DNA of 64,000 nucleotides from a virus: IMG/VR virus record IMGVR_UViG_3300047325_000150; one strand, 5' to 3'. Shown piece by piece: positions 10,022 to 20,095 of this stretch (position 1 is its first letter; each line of letters starts with the position of its first letter). The notes under the pieces were generated by a model. It saw only the letters and a program-made list of their open reading frames with translations, ran no database searches and was not told where the DNA came from. The position numbers and the translations under genes were made by a program.

Positions 10022-12250
10022 ATGAAAGTCGAAAATGCTGTAGCTGTAGTCGAGCATACTGGTGTAACCGAAAATAAAAGTTTTGGCATTAAGTTTGATG
10101 CAAAGATGGCTAATATTCTTGCATCTGGGCTATATTCAGATAAAATCAAAAGTATTATTCGAGAACTTAGCTGTAATGCCTTTGACTCTCATACCGAATC
10201 AAAAAATGATGAACCGTTCGAAGTTCATCTTCCAAGCACTTGGGAACCATGGTTTCATGTTAAAGATTTTGGTACAGGTTTGAGTCATGAACAAATAACT
10301 GACATTTACACTACATATGGTGTAAGCACTAAGACCGATAGCAATGAATATATTGGTCAACTTGGGTTAGGTTCAAAAAGCCCATTTAGCTACACAGATG
10401 CATTTACGGTTGATTCTCGTTTTAATGGTACTGAATATCATTATGCGATGCATAAAGATGATTCTGGCATGCCAAGTATGGCTTTGATGGGATCAAATCC
10501 AACAAATGAAAAAAACGGTATTACTGTTAAAATGCCTGTTAAGCGGGAAGACATATATCGCTTTTGTGAGAAAGCGGTTGAAGTTTTTGTTTGGTTCTCT
10601 AAAAAACCAAAAATAATTGGGGCTAATTTTACATACCCAGTTGAAAAAGAAGTATTGTTTTCTGGTGACTACTGGAAGATTTTATCAAAGAGTGACTCAT
10701 ATTCAGGTAATAAAGCATATGCTATAATGGGCAATGTTGCATATCCTTTAAATATTAATAGTATTCCGCATTTAACATATGCGTTAAGACAACTACTGTC
10801 TTTTAATATCTCAATTACGTTTCCAATCGGCGATCTTGAAATTGCAGCAAGTAGAGAAGAACTTGGGTATGATAAACGCACAATTTCTAATATTACATTA
10901 AAAATTACCAATGTTTTTAACGAGTTAAGAACTCAATTTGAAGAAAAGTTCAAATCATGTAAAACATTGTGGGAAGCAAAAATTCTTTATCATAAATTAT
11001 TTGATAGAAATGATGGTCACTCATTAAGAAATTTATTTTATAATACTGATATTATATGGAAAAAAGTTAAACTAAATAACTCTTCTATACATATTGATTT
11101 TACATCGATATATGACACAAATATCGAAGTTAAATATCTTGATATTTCTGGTGTAGAAAAGATCAAACATTATGATAATATTTTGTTCTGGCAATCTTCC
11201 CAAAAATCTTTGAAAATATGTCGTAATTGCTTTCATGCGATGGAATTATTACCTCACTCGAATCCTCTTATAATTTTTGATGATCTTCCAAAGTTTGGTC
11301 TTCGTCGTGTAAATCATTATTCTAAAACAAAAAATAAAACTCCGTCCAGACAAATATTTGTTTTTGGGAAGAGCCCAAAATTCACTTTTGATGAATTAAA
11401 AGATTTATTTGGTAATCCGGAAGTTTTGTTTACATCGGCTATGGATGAACCGCCTAAATTAGTTAAAGTTACACCTCCCACTGAAATGTTGTTATGGAAA
11501 GAAACTGCTCCTTTTGCATACGGCGTTGCAAAAACAGATGATTGGATTAAAGAAGTTAAATCTGATGCAGATATTGCCGCCGGCGGATTTTATGTAAGAC
11601 TTGATAGGTACGACGTAACAAAAGGTGAAATGGTAACTGTACCTGCAACCGCAACCGAGCCTGCAAAAACTGTAGAAGTGAGACGTGCAATAAGACACTT
11701 CCCCAAATTCTATCATGGTGCGGTATTGGCAGGTATCATACCACCAAATACCAAAATTTATGCAGGTAGAAGACATATTTCTAAAAAGTTAATTGATCAT
11801 CCAAAATGGATTGATTTTGTTGATTTTGTTCAAAATAAATCAATTGAATACATTTCAACTAATTCAAAAGAAATACTTCAAGCGAAAAGTTTTAGACATT
11901 TCAGCGAAAGTTCAAACGATTTTTGGTCTAGCAATCATTGGAAATTAGATGTAGACAGCCCATTCCATGAATTTATAGTTGGTGCAAGAACAGCTCAATC
12001 TATTTTAGCTGTTAACAAACCAAAGATTGATGGAATTCTACAGATTTCTAAAATTATTAATTTAAATTTTAAAGAACTCGAAGATGGATATTTTGATAAC
12101 AAATTCAATGCAACATATAATAAAATTATTGATAGATACCCGATGATTCAATATGTTAATTTGAAACATTTTTTAGGATACAATAAGGTTGTAAACGATT
12201 ATATCAATTTAATTGACGCTACAGCAAATCAACAGTCTGAAGTTGCTTGA
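10022..12250 (+). CDS. rIIA: rIIA-like protein with N-terminal GHKL (histidine-kinase-like) ATPase domain
   Basis: N box ELSCNAFDS, G1 box VKDFGTGL and G2 box GQLGLGSKS. The 742-aa size and the downstream approximately 380-aa partner match the T4 rIIA/rIIB layout. Confidence 0.6.
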   Translation: MKVENAVAVVEHTGVTENKSFGIKFDAKMANILASGLYSDKIKSIIRELSCNAFDSHTESKNDEPFEVHLPSTWEPWFHVKDFGTGLSHEQITDIYTTYGVSTKTDSNEYIGQLGLGSKSPFSYTDAFTVDSRFNGTEYHYAMHKDDSGMPSMALMGSNPTNEKNGITVKMPVKREDIYRFCEKAVEVFVWFSKKPKIIGANFTYPVEKEVLFSGDYWKILSKSDSYSGNKAYAIMGNVAYPLNINSIPHLTYALRQLLSFNISITFPIGDLEIAASREELGYDKRTISNITLKITNVFNELRTQFEEKFKSCKTLWEAKILYHKLFDRNDGHSLRNLFYNTDIIWKKVKLNNSSIHIDFTSIYDTNIEVKYLDISGVEKIKHYDNILFWQSSQKSLKICRNCFHAMELLPHSNPLIIFDDLPKFGLRRVNHYSKTKNKTPSRQIFVFGKSPKFTFDELKDLFGNPEVLFTSAMDEPPKLVKVTPPTEMLLWKETAPFAYGVAKTDDWIKEVKSDADIAAGGFYVRLDRYDVTKGEMVTVPATATEPAKTVEVRRAIRHFPKFYHGAVLAGIIPPNTKIYAGRRHISKKLIDHPKWIDFVDFVQNKSIEYISTNSKEILQAKSFRHFSESSNDFWSSNHWKLDVDSPFHEFIVGARTAQSILAVNKPKIDGILQISKIINLNFKELEDGYFDNKFNATYNKIIDRYPMIQYVNLKHFLGYNKVVNDYINLIDATANQQSEVA

Positions 12251-12300
12251 CTTCTAATAGATAACAGAGTAAAAATTAATATCAAAAGGAAATATTTTAA

Positions 12301-13440
12301 ATGGCAATTATAGCTAGCACCATTACTGCAAATTCAGTCATTCTTATGAAAGACGGTCATACACACGTAATAAATGACGAACACCCAAATTATAACGCTG
12401 TTCGCGAAGCAATGAAACTTAAAAATTACGACGAAGTAGAAAAGCTTATGGATGTAGGTAAAACACTTACTACATACGCAAAAGGAAAGGTTCGTATCGA
12501 AAATGGGGCAGTTTATTACGAAGATTTAGAAATAAAGAATTCCGTCGTTACACGGATTTTTGCAATGCAGAACGAAGGGTTTGATGTTGATCCAATGCTT
12601 GCGTTCCTAGAAAATCTTATGGCAAATCCAAGCAGAACTGCGGTTGATGAACTATATCTATTCCTCGAAGCAACCGCACTTCCAATTACAGAAGATGGGC
12701 ATTTCTTAGCCTATAAGAAAGTCAACGATAACTACAAAGATTTTTATTCTGGTAAGTTCGATCATAAGATTGGTACGGTACTAGAAGTGCCCCGCAATTC
12801 AGTTGACGATAATCGTAACAATACATGTAGTCAAGGTTTACATTTTTGTAGTCTGAGTTATCTCCCGTATTATCATGGTGGGAGAGGCCGAGTTATGATT
12901 TTGAAGATTAACCCAGCTGATGTTGTTACGATTCCAAGCGATTATAAAAATGCAAAAGGTCGAGCATTTAAATATACCGTATTTGGCGAACATACTGGCG
13001 GAGAAACTACCGAGGCATGGACCACGTCTGTATATGTTGAACCAAAGTCGGTTGATCAAGAAGATGCAAACGAATACAACGACGTTAAGGTATCAACTGA
13101 TACAACTATGTCTGCAGACGAAATTGCGTTTAATGCTGGACTAAGAGATGCACAGAACGGTTATCCATTCAATACCATTCGATGGAAAGTTCAATCACAA
13201 GTAAGCGCATATGCAAGTGGTTGGACAAAAGGTAAGATTCCTCCTGTTACTGCAACTGTGTCATCTGTAGCCGCTCCGGTTAAGCGTACTTTAAGTGATG
13301 CACAACTTGGATCGCTTGCTGGTGCTAATGCTGCTCGACGCGATGCCTCTTCAAACGGTAACCATATACCGAATCCTCCTGCAGGAAAGTCTCAAAGCTT
13401 TGTTGATGCGTTTATTAAAACATATAATAACAATAGATAA
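12301..13440 (+). CDS. rIIB: rIIB-like protein
   Basis: Assigned from position and size immediately downstream of the rIIA-like gene. No independent motif. Confidence 0.4.
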   Translation: MAIIASTITANSVILMKDGHTHVINDEHPNYNAVREAMKLKNYDEVEKLMDVGKTLTTYAKGKVRIENGAVYYEDLEIKNSVVTRIFAMQNEGFDVDPMLAFLENLMANPSRTAVDELYLFLEATALPITEDGHFLAYKKVNDNYKDFYSGKFDHKIGTVLEVPRNSVDDNRNNTCSQGLHFCSLSYLPYYHGGRGRVMILKINPADVVTIPSDYKNAKGRAFKYTVFGEHTGGETTEAWTTSVYVEPKSVDQEDANEYNDVKVSTDTTMSADEIAFNAGLRDAQNGYPFNTIRWKVQSQVSAYASGWTKGKIPPVTATVSSVAAPVKRTLSDAQLGSLAGANAARRDASSNGNHIPNPPAGKSQSFVDAFIKTYNNNR

Positions 13441-13448
13441 AAATAATA

Positions 13449-13476
13449 AAAGCCCACTTACGGTGGGCTTTTTCTT
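13449..13476. terminator. bidirectional rho-independent terminator
   Basis: AAAAGCCCAC-ttac-GTGGGCTTTTT hairpin between convergent genes. Confidence 0.7.
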
Positions 13477-14054
13477 TACCAAGAAGCATTACCAATAAAC
13501 CCTTTCTTTATTAGTTCTTGTTGGAATTCCAATATTAATAGCTTTTTAGGTTTGGCTTCCAATTGCCATAATAAAATATAATCATTTAGAATTTGATTTA
13601 CCAAATGGTAATCTGTATCAGCTGTACCAGCTAGCCGAACATTTCTGGCCCCAATAAGTCTCATTAATGGCAGATTTTTGTCGTATGATATAACAAAACG
13701 TAAATGTTGAATTGCGTTAGGTAACCCAGCTAGTGATGTCAGTGGATTCATGTTACATTTAAATAGGTCGCCTACATTTTTTGGGCAGCCGCCCAATGAA
13801 TCTAAATTATTATTAGAACAATCAAACGTATTGGTTACTATATTTGGACAACCTTCTAAAGTAGTTAGAAAATTATTTGATATAATAAAATTACCTACTA
13901 CTTTTTTGAATTTAATCGGTAATGCACCGTTTATAACAGTCTTTTTGAGTTGGCAATTGCCTTGTATGGTTAAACCATCATCAACATTTTCTATTTTTCC
14001 GGAACTGAAATATTTTTCAAATGCAATAACTGATGGATTTAACGATCTTACCAT
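13476..14054 (-). CDS. LRR-like repeat protein, paralog family member 1
   Basis: C-terminal LILEFQQELIKKGFIGNASW tail and internal approximately 22-aa repeats (LTSLxGxPxxVxGxFxCxxN). Confidence 0.6.
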   Translation of the reverse strand: MVRSLNPSVIAFEKYFSSGKIENVDDGLTIQGNCQLKKTVINGALPIKFKKVVGNFIISNNFLTTLEGCPNIVTNTFDCSNNNLDSLGGCPKNVGDLFKCNMNPLTSLAGLPNAIQHLRFVISYDKNLPLMRLIGARNVRLAGTADTDYHLVNQILNDYILLWQLEAKPKKLLILEFQQELIKKGFIGNASW

Positions 14055-14077
14055 GATATATTTATCAGAATAAATAT

Positions 14078-14818
14078 ATGATGATTAACAAAACAGTAGA
14101 AGAACATCTAAAGAATAACTATATATTAGATGGGTCGTATATAATAAATGATGACGGTTCGGTCAGTGTAAATGGCAACTGCCAACTTCGAAAAAATAGG
14201 TCAATACAGATTATTTTTAAAGAAGTAACTGGGTATTTCGATGCAGAGGATAGGAACCTTATTTCATTGGACGGATGCCCGCGGACGGTAGGTAGAAATT
14301 TCTCTTGTAATGAAAACAAACTTACAACATTGGTTGGTGGCCCCACAACGGTATATGGTGATTACTATTGTAATTGGAATCACCTAACCGATTTAATCGG
14401 AGCACCCGCTACAATTCAACACACATTTGATTGCTCGTTTAATCATATGCTTACAAGTTTAGATGGTGCACCAAAATCTGTACGAAATTTAGATTTAACT
14501 TCTTGTAGCAGTATATTTCCTGCATTAAATGAACTACAAAATATTAATATTAAAAACGAACTTCTTGCAGGTGATATATATTTTCCAAATTTAAATTTTT
14601 TAGATAATGTTAATTGTAAAACTTTGGTAATATCGGTGTATAAACATCTTCCCTTATTGAGATTATTAAAATTTCAGCATGTTTACATATACCGTGATTA
14701 TCATGAAATACAAAAAATAATAGACCCTTTCTTTAATAAAACACCAAAGAAAAAAGCAATGCTAGAATGTCAAAAAGCATTAATAGATGCGGGATTTACA
14801 TCTAATGCGTATTATTAA
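14078..14818 (+). CDS. LRR-like repeat protein, paralog family member 2 (divergent, plus strand)
   Basis: Repeats NFSCNENKLTTLVGGPTTVYGDYYCNWNHLTDLIGAP and tail ECQKALIDAGFTSNAYY. Confidence 0.6.
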   Translation: MMINKTVEEHLKNNYILDGSYIINDDGSVSVNGNCQLRKNRSIQIIFKEVTGYFDAEDRNLISLDGCPRTVGRNFSCNENKLTTLVGGPTTVYGDYYCNWNHLTDLIGAPATIQHTFDCSFNHMLTSLDGAPKSVRNLDLTSCSSIFPALNELQNINIKNELLAGDIYFPNLNFLDNVNCKTLVISVYKHLPLLRLLKFQHVYIYRDYHEIQKIIDPFFNKTPKKKAMLECQKALIDAGFTSNAYY

Positions 14819-14876
14819 TATTGATTCAAATTAGTATAGATGAATATACTATTAAAAATAGTATTTAGGATCGTCT

Positions 14877-15590
14877 ATGCAATTAAGTCAAACACAGGTT
14901 AAATTCTTACAAGGTACAAGACTTCATATCTGCATTCCGTGTTATGGTGGTCAAATTAATGAAGGCTGCTTTATTTCCGTACTAAAATTTATGGCTACTG
15001 CACAAAAGATCGGTATGAATTTTACTATAGATACAATGGTAAATGAAAGCCTTATTACACGCGGACGGAATTCCCTCGTTGCAAAATTTATGACATTTGA
15101 GCCTAAAAGCACTCATTTAATGTTTGTTGATGCAGATATTGGGTTCGAGCCGGAGGAAATTGTTAAACTTGCATTAGCCGATAAAGATGTGGTCGGCGGG
15201 TTATATCCCAAAAAATCGTTGCCAATTAGTTATGTAGTTAATAAAGTTCCTAATTCAATAAAGGAAGGCAATTTAGTAGAAGTTGCGAATCTAGGTACAG
15301 GTTTCATGCTTATTAAAAGAGGTGTTATTGAAGAGATGATCAAGCAATACCCACACTTGCATTATAAGGACGCAATCGGCCTTGATCCAAAATACGATCA
15401 AATGAAATACGCATTCTTCGATACAGAAATTGATAGCAATACACTTGAATATTTAAGTGAAGATTATAATTTCTGCAAAAGATGGCGAGAGATGGGGGGC
15501 AAGATCTGGGCCGACCTTAGTATTTCATTGCGTCATATGGGGTATTACTCCTTCCAGGGCGAAGCTGAGTTATTAAAACCGCATCTATAA
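14877..15590 (+). CDS. putative GT-A fold glycosyltransferase
   Basis: ICIPCYGGQ near the N-terminus and the DxD-like FVDADIGFEPEEI. ED-containing C-terminal segment (SEDYNFC). Confidence 0.45.
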   Translation: MQLSQTQVKFLQGTRLHICIPCYGGQINEGCFISVLKFMATAQKIGMNFTIDTMVNESLITRGRNSLVAKFMTFEPKSTHLMFVDADIGFEPEEIVKLALADKDVVGGLYPKKSLPISYVVNKVPNSIKEGNLVEVANLGTGFMLIKRGVIEEMIKQYPHLHYKDAIGLDPKYDQMKYAFFDTEIDSNTLEYLSEDYNFCKRWREMGGKIWADLSISLRHMGYYSFQGEAELLKPHL

Positions 15591-15636
15591 ATAAAATATT
15601 GCTATAGATCTTTCCTAGACTGAGTGATTTAACCGC

Positions 15637-15664
15637 AACCAAGTTCTCAAAAGATTACTTGGTT
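15637..15664. terminator. hairpin between convergent genes (possible bidirectional terminator)
   Basis: AACCAAGT-12 nt loop-ACTTGGTT perfect 8-bp stem. Confidence 0.35.
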
Positions 15665-15721
15665 GTTTCAAATCAAATTAATTCAACTAATGCCAGACAA
15701 ATATGATATGAAACAGGAAAA

Positions 15722-16303
15722 TTACCAACCTGCATTGCCTATAAAACCTGCATCAATCAATTCTTTTTGACAATCGATAATTGCCTTTCGTTTATTTGGT
15801 ACATTCATGTACTGCCTTAATATTTTTTCAGATAAATGTTGTCCGCTTTGATCAAATAAAAATAGGAATGCAACATTAAGACGCAATAAACTAAGCAGAG
15901 GCAATTTACTATGCCATGACAATTTCAATGTATCCAGTACTGAATTAGATGGTATTCCGGTAATTGAACGTAGTAAAATACCTTCAAAATCTAAATTTAA
16001 TTTTACATTTGGGCAGAAATCAAGAGATGTTAATTCACATCGAGTCATATACAAACTTCTACTAATTATTTCTGGAAATCCTTCCATTGTTGTTAGCGAT
16101 GAAAATCTACCGTCTATACTACCATTTACTACATTAAGTTTAATTGGCAATTTTGTTATGTTGTTTTTTACTCGCATAATGACTCTATTATATGGATAAT
16201 TAGGATTAATATCTACGCTGCCGTCATCATGTATTTTATAATCATGCACCCTCTCTATGGTTTGATGGAGAAGATTTTCTATATTTTCTTTAATTTCTAC
16301 CAT
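15722..16303 (-). CDS. LRR-like repeat protein, paralog 3
   Basis: Tail AIIDCQKELIDAGFIGNAGW. Stop/start overlap with paralog 4. Confidence 0.6.
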   Translation of the reverse strand: MVEIKENIENLLHQTIERVHDYKIHDDGSVDINPNYPYNRVIMRVKNNITKLPIKLNVVNGSIDGRFSSLTTMEGFPEIISRSLYMTRCELTSLDFCPNVKLNLDFEGILLRSITGIPSNSVLDTLKLSWHSKLPLLSLLRLNVAFLFLFDQSGQHLSEKILRQYMNVPNKRKAIIDCQKELIDAGFIGNAGW

Positions 16304-16896
16304 GACGCATTGCCTATAAAACCTGCATCAATCAATTCTTTTTGACAGTCTAAGATGATTGTTTTTCGTTTACTTGGTGAGATGTCATTTATATTCATAT
16401 ATTTTTTGATAATCTTTGTAGTTGGATGCAGATCATTATTCGAATTAATGATTTCTAAAGTATTAATTTTTAGCCGTAATAAGCTGAGCAATGGAAGATT
16501 TGCAGACCAACTTACTCCAAATATATTAAGTCCTTCACTGTTTGGTATACCAATTAGGGATGTAAGAGGATTTACTCTTACGTCAATTGAATCTGCATCA
16601 GGACAGAATTTCATATTTGTTAAATTACAATAAGCAGCATACAAATTTCCTGTAATTATATCGGGGCAATTTTCAAATGAAGTTAGCGTCGAAAATTCAC
16701 AATAAAATGATCCGTCAACTTTTCCAATTTTAAATGGTAGTTTTGTAAACTCTGGTATAATCCCTTCTCTAACTTTATCGTTGATTCCATTAATATTTAA
16801 ACTAATAGTTCCATTAAAATTAACAACATTGCCTACTATTTCATATTCAGTTTGATACAGTTTTACATACTGATGTATGATAATGTCATTTACCAT
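16297..16896 (-). CDS. LRR-like repeat protein, paralog 4
   Basis: Tail ILDCQKELIDAGFIGNASW. 7-nt overlap junctions at both ends. Confidence 0.6.
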   Translation of the reverse strand: MVNDIIIHQYVKLYQTEYEIVGNVVNFNGTISLNINGINDKVREGIIPEFTKLPFKIGKVDGSFYCEFSTLTSFENCPDIITGNLYAAYCNLTNMKFCPDADSIDVRVNPLTSLIGIPNSEGLNIFGVSWSANLPLLSLLRLKINTLEIINSNNDLHPTTKIIKKYMNINDISPSKRKTIILDCQKELIDAGFIGNASW

Positions 16897-17591
16897 GCTG
16901 CATTTCCTACAAAGCCTTTATCAATCAGTTCTTTCTGACATAATAATATAGCTTCTTTTAATGGTTTATGATTAGAATATTTTCTTATAATTTTATTTAC
17001 TTGATCATTGTCTGTTTCTATTTTTTTATATCTTACCAATCTTAGTAAAGGTAGATTTTCTGTCCAATCACAGTAAAATTTATCTCCAACGGATTGCGGA
17101 GCGCCTTCTAACGAAGTGAGTTTATTATTACGACAATCAAAATAACCACTCACTTTATTTGGACCCCCAACTAAAGAAGCGAGTTTATTATTAGCACAAT
17201 CAAAATAACCACCGACCGATTGCGGAGCTCCGGCTAAAGACATAAGTTTATTATTGTAACAAACAAAATTACCTCCAACTTTAGTTGGACTCTCAACTAA
17301 AGAAGTAAGTTTATTATTATTACAATAAAAATCACCACCAACTTCTTTAGGAGCTCCCTCCAAAGAAGTGAGTTGATTATAAGCACAATAAAAATAACCG
17401 CCAACTGATTGCGGAGCTCCTACTAAGGAAGTGAGTTTATTATTAGAACAAGAAAAATTACCATCAACATGACCGAATTGAACTGGTAGTTCTTTTACTT
17501 CCTTGATTAATTTGACATTAAAATCAGTATTAATCAATCCATCTTTGATTGTATAATCACCTATTTTAAAATACTCTTTTATATCTACCAC
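16890..17591 (-). CDS. LRR-like repeat protein, paralog 5 (seven approximately 22-aa repeats)
   Basis: Repeated LTSLxGAPxxVGGxFxCxNNK units. GTG start overlapping the upstream stop (GTGGTAG). Confidence 0.65.
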   Translation of the reverse strand: MVDIKEYFKIGDYTIKDGLINTDFNVKLIKEVKELPVQFGHVDGNFSCSNNKLTSLVGAPQSVGGYFYCAYNQLTSLEGAPKEVGGDFYCNNNKLTSLVESPTKVGGNFVCYNNKLMSLAGAPQSVGGYFDCANNKLASLVGGPNKVSGYFDCRNNKLTSLEGAPQSVGDKFYCDWTENLPLLRLVRYKKIETDNDQVNKIIRKYSNHKPLKEAILLCQKELIDKGFVGNAAW

Positions 17592-18223
17592 GATGCGTTA
17601 CCTATAAAGCCATTATCAATCAGTTCTTTCTGACATAATAATATGGCTTCTTTTAATGGCTTATGATTACAATATTTGTTTATAATCTCATTTACTTGAT
17701 CATTATTATATGTTTCTACTTTTTTATATCTTACCAATCTTAGTAAAGATAAATCTTTTGACCAATCATAATAAAAACTACCAACTGACTGCGGTGCTCC
17801 TTCTAAAGAGGTGAGTTGATTATTAGCACAATCAAAATAACCTCCAACGGATTGCGGAGCTCCGGCTAAAGACATAAGTTTATTATTGTAACAAACAAAA
17901 TTACCTCCAACTTTAGTTGGACTCTCAACTAAAGAAGTAAGTTTATTATTATTACAATAAAAATAACCACCGACCGATTGCGGAGCTCCTTCCAACGAAG
18001 TGAGTTGATTATTAGCACAATAAAAATCACCGCCGACGAATTCAGGTGCTCCTTCTAAAGAAGTGAGTTGATTATTATAACAATAAAAATAACCGCCAAC
18101 ATCACCGAATTGAACTGGTAATTTTTTTACTTTCTTGATTAATTTGACATTAAAATCAGTATTAATCAATCCATCTTTGATTGTATAATCACCTATTTTA
18201 AAATACTCTTTTATATCTACCAC
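17585..18223 (-). CDS. LRR-like repeat protein, paralog 6
   Basis: Long DNA stretches near-identical to paralogs 5, 7 and 8. Tail AILLCQKELIDNGFIGNASW. Confidence 0.65.
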   Translation of the reverse strand: MVDIKEYFKIGDYTIKDGLINTDFNVKLIKKVKKLPVQFGDVGGYFYCYNNQLTSLEGAPEFVGGDFYCANNQLTSLEGAPQSVGGYFYCNNNKLTSLVESPTKVGGNFVCYNNKLMSLAGAPQSVGGYFDCANNQLTSLEGAPQSVGSFYYDWSKDLSLLRLVRYKKVETYNNDQVNEIINKYCNHKPLKEAILLCQKELIDNGFIGNASW

Positions 18224-18666
18224 GATGCGTTACCTATAAAGCCATTATCAATTAGTTCTTTTTGACATAATAATATAGCTTCTTTTAATGGATTATGATT
18301 AGAATATTTGTTTATGATTTTATTTACTTGATCATTGTATGTTTGTACGTTTTGATATCGTACCAATCTTAGTAATGGTAAATTTTCTGACCAATCACAA
18401 TAAAAATAACCGCCAACTGATTGCGGAGCTCCGTCTAAAGAAATGAGTTGATTATTATTACAACGAAAATAACCACCAACTGATTTCGGAGACCCTTCTA
18501 AAGAAGTGAGTTTATTATCATAACAATCAAAATTACCATCAACATGATCAAATTGAACTGGTAATTTTTTAACTATTTTAATTAATGCAACATTATCATC
18601 AGTATTAATCAATCCATTTTTGATTATATACTCATCTATTTTAAAATACTCTTTTATATCTACCAC
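18217..18666 (-). CDS. LRR-like repeat protein, paralog 7 (short, three repeats)
   Basis: Same N-terminal MVDIKEYFKI and C-terminal tail. GTGGTAG junction. Confidence 0.6.
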   Translation of the reverse strand: MVDIKEYFKIDEYIIKNGLINTDDNVALIKIVKKLPVQFDHVDGNFDCYDNKLTSLEGSPKSVGGYFRCNNNQLISLDGAPQSVGGYFYCDWSENLPLLRLVRYQNVQTYNDQVNKIINKYSNHNPLKEAILLCQKELIDNGFIGNASW

Positions 18667-19175
18667 GATGCGTTACCTATAAAGCCATTATCAATCAGTT
18701 CTTTCTGACATAATAATATGGCTTCTTTTAATGGCTTATGATTAGAATATTTTTTTATGATTTTATCTACTTGATCATTATTATATGTTTCTATTTTTTT
18801 ATATCTTACCAATCTTAGTAATGGTAAATTTTCTGACCAATCATAATAAAAACTACCAACTGACTGCGGTGCTCCCTCCAAAGAAGTGAGTTGATTATTA
18901 TTAGCACAATAAAAATAACCACCGACTGATTGCGGTGCTCCTTCTAAAGAGGTGAGTTGATTATTATAACACGAAAAATTACCTCCAACTGATTGCGGAG
19001 CTCCGGCTAAAGAAGTAAGTTGATTATCACGACATGAAAAATCACCACCAACATGCCCAAATTGAAGTGGTAGTTCTTTTACTTCCTTGATTAATTCAAG
19101 ATCATCATCAGTATTAATCAATCCGTTAACTATTTCATATTCACCTATCACGAAATAATCTTTTATTTTTATCAT
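18660..19175 (-). CDS. LRR-like repeat protein, paralog 8
   Basis: Same family architecture. First gene of the minus-strand array. Confidence 0.6.
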   Translation of the reverse strand: MIKIKDYFVIGEYEIVNGLINTDDDLELIKEVKELPLQFGHVGGDFSCRDNQLTSLAGAPQSVGGNFSCYNNQLTSLEGAPQSVGGYFYCANNNQLTSLEGAPQSVGSFYYDWSENLPLLRLVRYKKIETYNNDQVDKIIKKYSNHKPLKEAILLCQKELIDNGFIGNASW

Positions 19176-19287
19176 GATGCGTTACCTAATTCTGAGTCAA
19201 CTACCCCGTCATCATGCCTATAAGTAGGTTCGTAAAAATACAAGAATTCTATCATATTATATTTATTCTAGCAAAAATAAATATAGA

Positions 19288-20085
19288 ATGCTAGGTCTCA
19301 TAAGAAAAATAATTTTAAACTTCGGTGGTGCAAGAATTGCACAACGTCCGTCAATTCCAATCGAACAGTGTGTTACTCATTTACCGTGGGGTCATCCAAC
19401 AATCAAACCGGGTCATGTTTTTATTGGAAGAGAAGGTTATGTTCTATCTAATGACTTAGAATATAAAATACCCAGTTGGGTTAGTTACCGATTAACACCG
19501 AATCATGCAGTCGGTATGGCAGAACGAAGCAACGCATTCACCGCTGATATGTCTTTACCAAAAGGACAACGAGCAGAACCTGAGGACTATGCTAATACGA
19601 ATTTTGATAAGGGGCATATGGCATGCGATGCAGATATGAGATGGGATAATACTGTTGAACGAGAAAGTTTTTTTATGAGCAACATGTCTCCGCAACACGG
19701 CAACCTAAATAGATTTGTTTGGAAAAATCTGGAGGTTGCTGTAAGAGCATGGACTATAAAAAGTAATAATGATCATATAATCTATATTGGCGGTATATAT
19801 GATGAAAATGATTCAACTATTGGAGAAAATAAAGTTCTTATTCCCCATGCTTTCTATAAAATCATTATTAATGCAGCAACAAATGAAGGTATTGTATTTG
19901 TTATGCCGCATGTATTACCATACGAGTATCCAAGTGACTTTCGTGGATTTCAAAGCAATATTAGTATAGTTGAAAGTGCAACAGCTATTACATTCCCTGT
20001 ACCAAATAATATAAATTGGCTTACACCGGATAAAATTTGGCCAGTTGACGTACATGTAATATCAGAAGCTTCTAAAAATCTATGA
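19288..20085 (+). CDS. DNA/RNA non-specific endonuclease (Serratia/EndoG family, His-Me finger)
   Basis: DKGHMA (DRGH-like active site) and NMSPQ...N...W..LE motifs. Confidence 0.8.
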   Translation: MLGLIRKIILNFGGARIAQRPSIPIEQCVTHLPWGHPTIKPGHVFIGREGYVLSNDLEYKIPSWVSYRLTPNHAVGMAERSNAFTADMSLPKGQRAEPEDYANTNFDKGHMACDADMRWDNTVERESFFMSNMSPQHGNLNRFVWKNLEVAVRAWTIKSNNDHIIYIGGIYDENDSTIGENKVLIPHAFYKIIINAATNEGIVFVMPHVLPYEYPSDFRGFQSNISIVESATAITFPVPNNINWLTPDKIWPVDVHVISEASKNL

Positions 20086-20095
20086 AGATTCCGAC

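Noticed and set aside
13476-19175. Possibility that the repeated 21-22-aa units mark a CRISPR-like or minisatellite DNA repeat
   Set aside because: The repeats are in-frame protein repeats within long ORFs. They have variable nucleotide sequence, no spacer/repeat alternation and no associated cas genes.
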